Below, one piece after another: positions 26,523 to 35,770 of a stretch of 64,000 nt of DNA. The stretch's first letter is position 1. The number at the start of each line of letters is the position of its first letter. The notes beneath the pieces are model-generated. The model did no database searches. It saw only the letters and a list, made by a program, of their open reading frames with translations, and was not told the DNA's origin. Made by a program: the position numbers and the translations under genes. Source of the DNA: a bacterium (GTDB lineage: Bacteria > UBP6 > UBA1177); assembly GCA_017405875.1 (NCBI GenBank), contig JAFQZM010000038.1, positions 89,261 through 153,260 on the forward strand. Direction: 5' to 3'.

Positions 26523-27539
26523 ATGAAGTTTTCAGCTTTGATTTCAGTTTTGTTTCTTTGCTTCGTTTTTGTTGCCTGTGTGTCGGACGAAGATGAAGAA
26601 ATGCGTTGTATCACCTCTATGGACTGTCCTGATGGTTATACCTGTGCAAATTCTGTCTGCCAGCCGCCTATCGCGGAAGGTGATACGGCACAGGAAGGAG
26701 ATACCGGTTCTCAGGATGTTACGGATACATCCGATCCGGACACTTCCGAAATACTTGAAAACGGCGATTCTGACGATTTGAATGACGACAATTTGGATGA
26801 TTCTGATGATTTAAATGACTCTACTGAGAATGTTGAGGACAACGATTCCAATGAAGAATTGTCGGACGATGTTCCTGCTGCGGATAATGACACGGCTCAG
26901 GAAGTTCCTGACGAAGTCGTTGTATTGGAATGCCCGAACAACTGCAGTAATCACGGTGACTGCGACACAGCGACAGGAATATGTTCCTGCACTGACAACC
27001 ACGACGGCGAAGACTGTTCCGAATGCAAAACCGGATACATAAATAACAGCGGCACATGTGTTCAGAAACAGTGCGACGCAAACAAATGTTGGACATCCCA
27101 CAGTTGCACATACTCTGTCGGCATTTTTACAAATACAGAAACTATTTATGCCCACGGAAATTGTGATAACAATACCGGTGAATGCCAATGTGAAAGCGGG
27201 TGGCTTACCGCCAATAACGGAACGGGGGTAACTTTAACCTGCGGCACGGATTATGAAACTTTAGAACCGTTTGAAACTCTTAACAACATTCAGTGCACAG
27301 TCTGCGACAAAAACAATCCGCCGTCGCAATATGCCTCAACAGGTTGTCCGACAGACTGCCCGTCTTTGTTTTGCAGCAATGCTTTACTTATAGATACTGG
27401 ATCAGGTACCTGTTACTATGAACCTACCGGTTCCCACAGATTATATTGCAAATGTGCATCAGGTTATACGATAAGCGGTAGCGAATACTACGATGCAAAT
27501 CCTATGGGAATGTGCAATTCTGAATCGTCTGGCGAATAA
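26523..27539 (+). CDS. Cys-rich lipoprotein with EGF/tenascin-like repeats
   Basis: Lipobox FVAC; acidic stalk; CPNNCSNHGDCDTATGICSCTDNHDGEDC and HGNCDNNTGECQCESGW; about 30 Cys. Confidence 0.75.
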   Translation: MKFSALISVLFLCFVFVACVSDEDEEMRCITSMDCPDGYTCANSVCQPPIAEGDTAQEGDTGSQDVTDTSDPDTSEILENGDSDDLNDDNLDDSDDLNDSTENVEDNDSNEELSDDVPAADNDTAQEVPDEVVVLECPNNCSNHGDCDTATGICSCTDNHDGEDCSECKTGYINNSGTCVQKQCDANKCWTSHSCTYSVGIFTNTETIYAHGNCDNNTGECQCESGWLTANNGTGVTLTCGTDYETLEPFETLNNIQCTVCDKNNPPSQYASTGCPTDCPSLFCSNALLIDTGSGTCYYEPTGSHRLYCKCASGYTISGSEYYDANPMGMCNSESSGE

Positions 27540-27648
27540 CTTCCTGATTTAATTAAGAAATCCCAAACATATTTCTGCTTTTTTATCGGTTTTAACGATC
27601 GGAAAACTGTATTTCTACAAAAAATAATCAAGGTTTTGAAATTTTTTC

Positions 27649-27676
27649 TTGACCTTGAAAAATCAAGGTGTATGAT
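27649..27676 (+). promoter_or_regulatory. lexA promoter with overlapping palindromic operator candidate
   Basis: TTGACC (27649-54), 16 nt, TATGAT (27671-76); perfect inverted repeat ACCTTGA-AAAA-TCAAGGT at 27652-27669. Confidence 0.65.
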
Positions 27677-27709
27677 TGCCTGAATTTATGTTTTTTTGTG
27701 AGGTGAAAA

Positions 27710-28357
27710 ATGACAGTTTCAAGACAGAACGGACTTACCGAATCCCAGGCAAAAGTTTTGAAGACGGTTTCGGATTTTATTGCCGAAAACGGCTATTCAC
27801 CGACTGCAAAGGAGATTGCCGAGATTCTGAACATTACGCAGACTTCGGTTTTTGAGCAGTTGGAGCGGCTTGAAAAAAAGAGGTATATAACCCGCCAGAA
27901 AGGAGCTGCAAGAACTATCGGCATACTCAGTCAGCCTGAAAATGAAAAGCCGGTTAAAAAAAGCGACTCGGTGAAGCTTGTGAAAGTTCCTATCATCGGA
28001 ACGATTGCTGCCGGTGCTCCGATTTTTGCAGACGAAAATATGGAAGGCGAGATTCTTGTTGATGAAAGCAACATCGGAAAAGGGAGATTCTTTGCTCTCA
28101 GAGTCCGCGGCGACAGTATGATAAATGCCGGAATAAACAACGGCGATTTGGTTATAATAAAGCGCCAGCCTCTTGCCGAAAACGGTGATATAATTGCGGC
28201 TCTTATTGACAGCGAGGCTACTTTGAAACGCCTTTCATTGACAGACGATGAAGTTTTCCTGCTTCCCGAAAACGAAAAATACTCTCCGATAAACGTTACC
28301 TGCCGTGAAGATTTCAAAATTTTAGGTAAAATGGTGACGACCGTAACGGTTTTGTGA
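27710..28357 (+). CDS. lexA: SOS transcriptional repressor LexA
   Basis: wHTH LT..Q..VL..I...GYSPT..EIA; cleavage site IAAG.P; Ser in VRGDSMINAGI; Lys in ATLKR. Confidence 0.93.
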   Translation: MTVSRQNGLTESQAKVLKTVSDFIAENGYSPTAKEIAEILNITQTSVFEQLERLEKKRYITRQKGAARTIGILSQPENEKPVKKSDSVKLVKVPIIGTIAAGAPIFADENMEGEILVDESNIGKGRFFALRVRGDSMINAGINNGDLVIIKRQPLAENGDIIAALIDSEATLKRLSLTDDEVFLLPENEKYSPINVTCREDFKILGKMVTTVTVL

Positions 28358-28393
28358 GAAAAAACCGCAACTTCTTTTGACAACCTTATAAAT

Positions 28394-28417
28394 ACTGCTA
28401 ATATTAGCGGTTTTTTT
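28394..28417 (+). terminator. Probable intrinsic terminator after lexA
   Basis: ACTGCTA-ATAT-TAGCGGT stem (one G-U pair) followed by a T run. Confidence 0.5.
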
Positions 28418-28433
28418 GTGAGGTGTGAAAATT

Positions 28434-29903
28434 ATGAACAATTTTGTCAAGAGTTTATTCGTTTTAATTTTGTTTTCATCCACGCTGTGGCTCGTTGCCG
28501 AGGAAACAGAGTCAAAAGAGGCTTCGGCGCCTGCTGATGCGGTTTCTGAACAGTCGGCTGAACAGAATCCGCCTGCCGAAAGTAAGCCGGCAGAGAATGA
28601 TGGCCGCGGTTTTGTTTTCGGTTCTTACGGCAGGGTTCAGCCTGCGACTGATCTTCGCGGCGGCTCTCCGAAGTGGGTGAATATAGTCGGTCACGGCAGC
28701 AGACTTGAGCAGGAAAGCTATGTCGAACTTGATTTTGCTTATCTTTTCAAAAAAATCGGTGACAACGGTCCGCTTTTTGATTTTGTTTCGACTCTCGCTT
28801 TTTCCGAATCGCTTTTCCACGACAACGGCAAATGGATTGCGCTGAATACGGTTAGAAATCTCTTCGTCAGAGCAGAAAACGTTTTCTGGAAACCGCTCGG
28901 TTTCTGGGTAGGAAGCAGAATGTACCGCGGCGACGACATCTATCTTCTGGATTTCTGGCCTCTTGACGACGACAATATTTACGGCGGCGGCGTAACGCTT
29001 CACTTCGATGATTTTGCTCTTGAATATTACTTCGGTTTCAACCGGCTCGAAGTTGACTGGCAGTATCAGGAGCAGGAAGTCGTTTCAAGCACTTTCGGGT
29101 CAGAAAGCATAACCTGGATGGACAGGCAGCGCATCGTTACCGGTCTCAAATATATGCAGAGATACAATGTTACCGAAAAAATAGGCTTGAAATGGAAGCT
29201 CATCGGCGAATTTCAGAGGATAAGTGCCGGTGAGAAGAGCAACGATCCTCTTGATGAGGACAATTCGATCGTTTATCCCGAAGATTTCGGCTGGTCGCTT
29301 GGCGCTCAGCTCGGTCTTTTCGGCTATGCAAAGAACAGTTTTACCGATATTTTCTTCAAATACTCCGGCGGTCTTGCGGCTTACGGTCTGATGACTGTTC
29401 CGTGGGGATTCGATTTGGATTATAAAACAAAAGACGCTCGCGAAATACTTTTTGCAATCACATCCAATCTTGAAATCGGCTGGTTTGGTGCGATTTTCGG
29501 CGGTTATGTCCGCTCTTTCAGGGATTCCGACGGCAACAAATACGACAATGACGATTTTGTCGAATACACTTTTTCGCTTCGTCCTCACTTCTTTATTCAC
29601 GAGAATTTCTATCTTGCTTTTGAAGTATCGCATCAGCTCAAGGATATGAACGGCTTGGCAAATCTGAGTAACGGTAAAACCAAAAGCATTAGGCCGCAGG
29701 TTACGAAATTTTCGCTTATTCCGATTGTCACTTACGGCGGCGGGAACTACGGCAGACCTCAGCTGCGTCTGGTTTACACGCTTGCAGTTCAGAACGATGA
29801 TGCCCGTTATTCCTACAACAAAGATGATTTCCGCGCAAAACATTCCGTTCTTCATTATTTCGGTTTGAGCGCTGAGTGGTGGTTCAATGTCGATCACAGA
29901 TGA
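28434..29903 (+). CDS. Outer-membrane carbohydrate porin (LamB/maltoporin-like)
   Basis: Signal peptide; GSYGR..GSRLEQESYVEL; GSRMYRGDDIYLLDFW; RPQLRLVY; C-terminal AEWWF. Confidence 0.75.
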   Translation: MNNFVKSLFVLILFSSTLWLVAEETESKEASAPADAVSEQSAEQNPPAESKPAENDGRGFVFGSYGRVQPATDLRGGSPKWVNIVGHGSRLEQESYVELDFAYLFKKIGDNGPLFDFVSTLAFSESLFHDNGKWIALNTVRNLFVRAENVFWKPLGFWVGSRMYRGDDIYLLDFWPLDDDNIYGGGVTLHFDDFALEYYFGFNRLEVDWQYQEQEVVSSTFGSESITWMDRQRIVTGLKYMQRYNVTEKIGLKWKLIGEFQRISAGEKSNDPLDEDNSIVYPEDFGWSLGAQLGLFGYAKNSFTDIFFKYSGGLAAYGLMTVPWGFDLDYKTKDAREILFAITSNLEIGWFGAIFGGYVRSFRDSDGNKYDNDDFVEYTFSLRPHFFIHENFYLAFEVSHQLKDMNGLANLSNGKTKSIRPQVTKFSLIPIVTYGGGNYGRPQLRLVYTLAVQNDDARYSYNKDDFRAKHSVLHYFGLSAEWWFNVDHR

Positions 29904-29991
29904 TTTTCATTCTTCAAATGAAAAAAATTCAGAATATTTGGTTTGTGCGTATAATAAGACGTTTTTTTGTTTGTTAAATTGAGGTCAAATC

Positions 29992-30369
29992 ATGAAACTG
30001 GTTAAAAAGTTACTTTTTATTTTTCTCATAGCTTTGATTGCGGTGATGATCGCTTATTTTGCAAGAGTTAACGATACTAATGTCACTCTCAATCTGATTT
30101 TTGTCTCTGTAAAGGATATTCAGCTCTGGCTGCTTTCACTTTTCTGTTTTCTTGCAGGTGTTATTTTTTCTGTTTTGGCCGTATTCATTGACATTATGTT
30201 CATGTCCGGCAATGAAAGGAAGCTGCGCAAAGAGTTGAAAAAGCTTAAATCAGAACTTATTGCGGTCCGCAACGAAAAGCTGGCCGATATCGACGATTCG
30301 ACTTTTGCCGAAAACGGTGAAAAACTTCCTGCAACAGATACCGAAAAAGAAAATCAGGAACAAAATTAG
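29992..30369 (+). CDS. lapA: LapA-family (DUF1049) membrane protein
   Basis: TM - N...VTLNLIF...LWLL..F.AG - TM - coiled coil; directly upstream of a LapB-like gene. Confidence 0.7.
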   Translation: MKLVKKLLFIFLIALIAVMIAYFARVNDTNVTLNLIFVSVKDIQLWLLSLFCFLAGVIFSVLAVFIDIMFMSGNERKLRKELKKLKSELIAVRNEKLADIDDSTFAENGEKLPATDTEKENQEQN

Positions 30370-30378
30370 GAGCTTACC

Positions 30379-31422
30379 TTGTGGTTTTTCGATCGTTTAA
30401 GGAAAAAAAGCAAAAAATATACTTCGACTTATAAATTCCCGATAGAAATTCAGGATTTTTTCGATGCTCTGCGTGACTGCCATCTGAACAACCGTCCTGA
30501 GTACTTCGCCAAGCTTAAAAAACTTGCCGGAAATTATCCCGAAGAGCCGATATTCTGGCTTTTTGCCGGAGACGTTCTGCGTGACAAAAACCCGGAAAAG
30601 GCTCTGGAACTTCACCGCGACGTTCTTTTCAGACCTGTGACGGCGGGTGTTTTCCGTGCAATGGTTCTGGAGCACATCGCCCGTGACTACATAGTCATGA
30701 AACAGAACAAAAAGGCGGTTTCGGTGCTGAAAGACGCGGTAAAATGCGCCGATTATGCTCCGGCTGCGCTTCTGCTTTCCGAGGTTTACGAGGCTGAAGG
30801 CGACTATGAAGCGGGACTTGAAGAGATCAAAAGATACATTTCGCTTACCGATCCTAAAAATGAAGCGCTTATGGTTCGTTACTGCGCCAGAGCGGTAAAT
30901 CATTTTTTCAGGTTACGCGAAAGTGACAAAAACGGTGCTTTGAAATGGCTCTCGCTTTTTTCAAAAAAGTGCGGAGACGGCGGGCAGTCGCTTTTTGCAG
31001 ATTATCTTTCGGCTCTTATAAATTCCAACATTAAGAAAAGTTCGGAATATCTTAAAAAAATTGTCGACATGGGGGAAAATTACGAAATTTCCGCCCGCTC
31101 GCTCCTTCTTAATTTCGAAAACGGCAGCGAGATAAATTACGGTGTCGAAGGAACTTATAAAGAGTTGTTCCAGGTGATTTTCAACAAAAATCTCAAATAT
31201 GATGAGAAAAATTCTGCTATCGCTTCGGAGACGCTTGCGGCTCACAAATTAACCGTCAGAAATTCACTGACAGGCGATTTCAATATACTTGATGCTGCGA
31301 TTCCGGATCGTTCTCTGTTCGTTTGCAGCGAATGCGGTCGGCATTTGGTCGAAATTTCACCGGTGTGTCCGGCTTGTCAGAAAATAACTGGTAGAAAATT
31401 CAAAATAAATCAGGAGGTTTAG
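30379..31422 (+). CDS. lapB: LapB-like TPR protein with C-terminal rubredoxin-type CxxC..CPxC
   Basis: GDVLRD..EKALELHR motif; TPR-like helices; FVCSECG..SPVCPAC. Confidence 0.65.
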   Translation: MWFFDRLRKKSKKYTSTYKFPIEIQDFFDALRDCHLNNRPEYFAKLKKLAGNYPEEPIFWLFAGDVLRDKNPEKALELHRDVLFRPVTAGVFRAMVLEHIARDYIVMKQNKKAVSVLKDAVKCADYAPAALLLSEVYEAEGDYEAGLEEIKRYISLTDPKNEALMVRYCARAVNHFFRLRESDKNGALKWLSLFSKKCGDGGQSLFADYLSALINSNIKKSSEYLKKIVDMGENYEISARSLLLNFENGSEINYGVEGTYKELFQVIFNKNLKYDEKNSAIASETLAAHKLTVRNSLTGDFNILDAAIPDRSLFVCSECGRHLVEISPVCPACQKITGRKFKINQEV

Positions 31423-32562
31423 ATGAAAAAACTGCTTTTTCTCCTCGCTGTTGCATTGGTTTTTTCTTCGTGCGGCGGAGATTCAAAGTCAAATGAAGGC
31501 GGCGGGATGAGTACAAGCGACTTCTTTGAAAGGTATCTCGATACGCTCTGCAACGCTTCCACTAAGTGTAATTCAGGTTTCGTAAATGCGGAAAACCTTT
31601 CTTTCTGCCCTAAAACGATACTTAATTCAGCAAAGCCTTTCGAAGGTTTTCACAAAGGTGAATCGGTAATTTTCAAGCACAAATACGATATGCTGAAGAA
31701 TGCCGAAGAAATGGGCTGGCTTTCACTCAATGCGGAACAGGCTGAAAGTTGCTTTGCCGTTATCGCCCAGATGGAACCGTGCAATCCGCTCGATGTACAG
31801 CTCCTTGACATTCCGGAATGTGCCAATGTTTTCAAGGGAACGAAACAAGTCAGGGAAGCATGCAATCAGGATGAAGAGTGTAAAAACGGCTGGTGCAATA
31901 TGCGCGGCGGTATTTGTCCCGGATCATGCGTTGATTACAAGCAGCCTGATCAAAGCTGCAATTCATCGCTTGACAAGTGCGTTATAGGATATGAGTGCCG
32001 TTCTTCGGGCTGTTCCAAATCGAGCACAGGAGTTGTCAACGATCCGTGTGTAAACAACAGCGACTGCACGACTTTTCTTTTCTGCTACGTTAAAGAGGGC
32101 GATTCTTTCGGAGTCTGCCTTAAGAGAAAAGGCGAGGGTTTGGCATGTTCCAGTGCGGATGAGTGTGTTGTCGGTCTGAGCTGTGTCAACAATCTCTGCA
32201 CCCGTTCGAGAGTCAGTGACACGGCCGGTGCTCCCTGCGGTGTTCAGGAAGAAAAGGACGAAAACGGTAACGAAATAGTTCTTGAATGCAACAGGTTCTC
32301 GAAACTTGAATGCAGTCTGGCGAATGTCTGTCAGAAAATGCCGACCAGTTCCAATTTACAGTGTGCCGAATTCTGTGATACGGATCTCGGACTTGTCTGC
32401 GATTCATATTCGCATACGTGCCAGTGGCCTAAAAGTGACGTTAGCCCGTGCACAAGCAACGAACAGTGCGCATCGCTTTACTGCGCTGCGGTTCCCGGAG
32501 CAGAGGACCAGGAAATTATGATTTGTCAGGAGCCTCAGTGTCTGCCGGTAAATGAAGAGTAA
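31423..32562 (+). CDS. Cys-rich lipoprotein (Dickkopf/colipase-like Cys repeats)
   Basis: Lipobox FSSC; 37 Cys counted; repeated G..C....C..GL.C....C units. Confidence 0.7.
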   Translation: MKKLLFLLAVALVFSSCGGDSKSNEGGGMSTSDFFERYLDTLCNASTKCNSGFVNAENLSFCPKTILNSAKPFEGFHKGESVIFKHKYDMLKNAEEMGWLSLNAEQAESCFAVIAQMEPCNPLDVQLLDIPECANVFKGTKQVREACNQDEECKNGWCNMRGGICPGSCVDYKQPDQSCNSSLDKCVIGYECRSSGCSKSSTGVVNDPCVNNSDCTTFLFCYVKEGDSFGVCLKRKGEGLACSSADECVVGLSCVNNLCTRSRVSDTAGAPCGVQEEKDENGNEIVLECNRFSKLECSLANVCQKMPTSSNLQCAEFCDTDLGLVCDSYSHTCQWPKSDVSPCTSNEQCASLYCAAVPGAEDQEIMICQEPQCLPVNEE

Positions 32563-33100
32563 CTTTTTTCTCGTTTTTTTATCCTTTATTTTTCTAACTG
32601 TTTCCTGCGCAACAGCAGACAAAGTGCAAAATCAGAATAATAAACAGCCGGAAGAGCAGACTGAATCAGAGCCGCAGCCTGTTGAGCTGAAAAAGAAAAA
32701 ATCGATTGCAGACGATATAATCGTTCGCGACATCTACTCAAAAGAAGAGTATCCGCTCAGCAAAATCGCACAAAAAAGTGTTGTTTTTATTGAACTTTCA
32801 GCTTCATGGTGCAAGGCGTGTCCCGAAATGAAGGAGACGACGGCAAAGCTCGTTTCCTATTTCGGAAACAGAGTATTTTTCATCCGCCTTTACCTCGAAA
32901 ACGATATTCAGGAAGAAAAGGAATACGGCGATACTATTCCGGAAATGGTGATCGTTTCATCGCCTGAGGAACTTTCGCTCGAAAAAACCGACATTATGCC
33001 GCGGGTCGTCGTTTTGAGCAATTCGGCAAGTGAAGTCGCTGCCGATATTATCGGAGCTTATCCGAGCCTTTATTATTACGGATTGCTTTCGGAACTCTGA
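32552..33100 (+). CDS. Thioredoxin-fold (TlpA-like) lipoprotein
   Basis: Lipobox TVSC; LSASWCKACPEM; cis-Pro loop IMPRVVVL. Confidence 0.75.
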   Translation: MKSNFFLVFLSFIFLTVSCATADKVQNQNNKQPEEQTESEPQPVELKKKKSIADDIIVRDIYSKEEYPLSKIAQKSVVFIELSASWCKACPEMKETTAKLVSYFGNRVFFIRLYLENDIQEEKEYGDTIPEMVIVSSPEELSLEKTDIMPRVVVLSNSASEVAADIIGAYPSLYYYGLLSEL

Positions 33101-34033
33101 TTATCTGTCGAAATCCTTTTCAAAACCGACTTTCTGAAGAAGTCTTTCTTTGTCGAACCACTTTTCTTCAACTCTGACGAAAAGGTTTAAGCCCACCTGA
33201 CAGCCGTAAAGTTCTTCGATGTCGCGTCTTGCCGCAGAGCCGATTTTTCCCAGAGTCGCTCCTCTTTTTCCGAGAACGATCCCTTTCTGGCTGTCTCTTG
33301 CAACGTGGATCGTCGCGTCAACAAGCAGAATGTCCTTTGTTCTGTGGTCTCGCATTTTTTCGACAGTTACGACGACGGAGTAGGGAAGCTCCTGCGAAAG
33401 TTCGAGGAAAAGTTTTTCGCGTATGATTTCGGAAACGAGAAAGTTGTCTTCCTGATCGGTGTACATATCTTCGGGAAAAAGCTGCGGACCGGGCTTGCAG
33501 AACTGTTTCAGCGTGTTTATAAGCTCTTCAGTTCCTGTTCCGTTCTTTGCCGAGATCGCGCATGACGCGGCGAAGTTGAAATGTTTTTTGTAAACTGCGA
33601 TCGTGTCGTCAACGCGCATAGGTTTAACGGCGTCAATCTTGTTTGCAACGAGAATTACCGGAGTTTTCGGCGGAAGATTTTTTAAAATATGAGCCTCTTC
33701 TTCACCGATTCCCTTTTCGGGATGCTGAGTTGAAACATCAACAAAAAATATAGTAAAATCAGCATCTTGCGCGGCTGAAAAACTGTATTTGTTCATCCAG
33801 TTGTTGAGAAGCTTGCCGAAATCAGTCGAAGTTATTCCCGGAGTGTCGGTAAAAACTATCTGAGTATCTTCGCCGTTGTAAATCCCTCGGATTTTGTTGC
33901 GTGTTGTCTGCGCTTTCGGAGTGACTATCGATATTTTCGACTGAACTATCGTGTTGAGAAAAGTCGATTTTCCCGAATTCGGAACGCCGATAATTGCCGC
34001 AAATCCCGAATATTTAAGCTCATTACCCAACAT
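33101..34033 (-). CDS. era: GTPase Era
   Basis: GVPNSGKSTFLN, QTTRN, DTPG, NKID, KH domain EIIREK..ELPY. Confidence 0.96.
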   Translation of the reverse strand: MLGNELKYSGFAAIIGVPNSGKSTFLNTIVQSKISIVTPKAQTTRNKIRGIYNGEDTQIVFTDTPGITSTDFGKLLNNWMNKYSFSAAQDADFTIFFVDVSTQHPEKGIGEEEAHILKNLPPKTPVILVANKIDAVKPMRVDDTIAVYKKHFNFAASCAISAKNGTGTEELINTLKQFCKPGPQLFPEDMYTDQEDNFLVSEIIREKLFLELSQELPYSVVVTVEKMRDHRTKDILLVDATIHVARDSQKGIVLGKRGATLGKIGSAARRDIEELYGCQVGLNLFVRVEEKWFDKERLLQKVGFEKDFDR

Positions 34034-35042
34034 TTTCGTTTTCCTTTTCTCCGGCGCAGTTTTTCATCATGAACTTTTTGATTTCGTTTATGTCGGAGTA
34101 TCTGCCCAGAGCGACCATCATTTTGACAAGAGTCGCTTCCCTTGTCATGTCGACCGCGCTGATAAGCCCGTAGAATTCGGCTTTTGAAGCGACATCGTAA
34201 AGTCTGAGATTGACTTTTCCGATGGGTGACTGGCTGCAGACCGCGATAGGAACGCAGTTTTCGGCTGCATCTTTGAAAAGTTCTTCAAGACCGGGGTTGT
34301 CGCTCGGAATGTTGCCGCTGCCGTAAGCCTCGATAACGATTCCTTTAACTTTTTTGTTTTTAACCATGACCGAAAATGAGGAAAAGTCGATTCCGGGAAA
34401 GAAGGGAATTATTACGACCTGTTCCATGAGACGTGTGTCTATCTCGAATTTTTCAGTCGGTTTCGGCAGAAAACGGTGCTTTTTGCTTTCCATTCCGATT
34501 CCGAGCTTTATCAGAGCGTTGTAGTTCGGGCTGTAGAAAGCGTCAAAATCCCAAGCATCCTTCTTTTTCGCTCTGTTTCCTCTGAAAGCCGTGTGATTGA
34601 AAAGGAGAACGACTTCGTTAAGGTCGCTGTTTATTGCAACTTCCATTGCATCGACGAGGTTCATGAAAGCGTCACTTCTTCGGTCGATCAGCGGAAGCTG
34701 TGCGCCTGTCATTACGACAGGTTTTCCCAGATTTTTCAGCATGAAAGAGAGTGCCGATGCCGTGTAAGCCATTGTGTCGGTGCCGTGAATCACCACAAAA
34801 CCGTCATAAAGGTCGTAGTTTTTCGCGATATGCTCGGCGATTTTCACCCAGTGCAGCGGTCTGAAAAGCGATGAATCGAGGTTGAAAAGCTGATTCTGAA
34901 CGATTTCGGCGTCAAAAAGCGGTTTTATCCTCTCTGAAATGTAGTCCAGAGCGTAATTTCCCGGTGTCAGCAGCCCTTTTTCGTTCGATTCCATGACGAA
35001 AGTGCCGCCGGTGTGAATTATGAGTATTTTTTTCTGTGTCAT
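34023..35042 (-). CDS. ansA: L-asparaginase type I
   Basis: IHTGGT, HGTDTMAYTAS, PVVMTGAQ, YGSGN. Confidence 0.92.
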   Translation of the reverse strand: MTQKKILIIHTGGTFVMESNEKGLLTPGNYALDYISERIKPLFDAEIVQNQLFNLDSSLFRPLHWVKIAEHIAKNYDLYDGFVVIHGTDTMAYTASALSFMLKNLGKPVVMTGAQLPLIDRRSDAFMNLVDAMEVAINSDLNEVVLLFNHTAFRGNRAKKKDAWDFDAFYSPNYNALIKLGIGMESKKHRFLPKPTEKFEIDTRLMEQVVIIPFFPGIDFSSFSVMVKNKKVKGIVIEAYGSGNIPSDNPGLEELFKDAAENCVPIAVCSQSPIGKVNLRLYDVASKAEFYGLISAVDMTREATLVKMMVALGRYSDINEIKKFMMKNCAGEKENENVG

Positions 35043-35170
35043 AGCCCCCTCCTTTGCTGAAAGCTGAATTTATATAATATTTTTTTTATTGCAACATCTC
35101 CGCGCAAAAATCCTTTTTTTAAAGAGATTTTTCAATATAATCCCGCGTTATTTTGTTTTTAGAGGTTTTC

Positions 35171-35770
35171 ATGGAACAGAAAAAAACTTTAGCGCTTTTC
35201 GATTTCGACAAAACTATTACTGACAGAGACACGTTTCTGCCGTTTCTGCTCTTTTCATTCGGCTACTTCAGGACAATGTTGCTTCTTTCGCTTCTTTTTC
35301 CGCAGGCCTTGATCTGTCTTGCCGGTTTTATGTCGCGTAAAAGGTTCAAGGAAATGATTTTCAAGCTGACGATAAAAGGCTGGACTAAAGAGAAATTCCG
35401 AGCGGTCGCTCAGGATTTTTACAATCAGAAAGTGAAAAGTTATCTAAGAAAACCTGCTCTCGACGAAATAAAGATGCACCTTGAAAACAATGCCGACGTT
35501 TCGCTCGTTTCGGCTTCTCCTGAAGACTGGTTGTGGCCGTTTACGGAAGAATTCGGGATCAACCTGATCGGAACGCGGCTTGAAATAAAGGACGGCTGCT
35601 ACACCGGAAAAATTGTCGGCGCCAACTGCCGCAAAGCTGAGAAGGTGAACAGAGTCAAAGAAGTGTACAACCTTGAAAATTACTCTGACATTTATGCATA
35701 CGGCGATTCACGGGGCGATAAAGAGATGCTGGAGATGTCGAATCATCCCCGTTTCAGAACTTTCGATTAG
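35171..35770 (+). CDS. HAD-IB family hydrolase
   Basis: FDFDKT, VSAS, NC...EKV, AYGDSRGD. Confidence 0.88.
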   Translation: MEQKKTLALFDFDKTITDRDTFLPFLLFSFGYFRTMLLLSLLFPQALICLAGFMSRKRFKEMIFKLTIKGWTKEKFRAVAQDFYNQKVKSYLRKPALDEIKMHLENNADVSLVSASPEDWLWPFTEEFGINLIGTRLEIKDGCYTGKIVGANCRKAEKVNRVKEVYNLENYSDIYAYGDSRGDKEMLEMSNHPRFRTFD

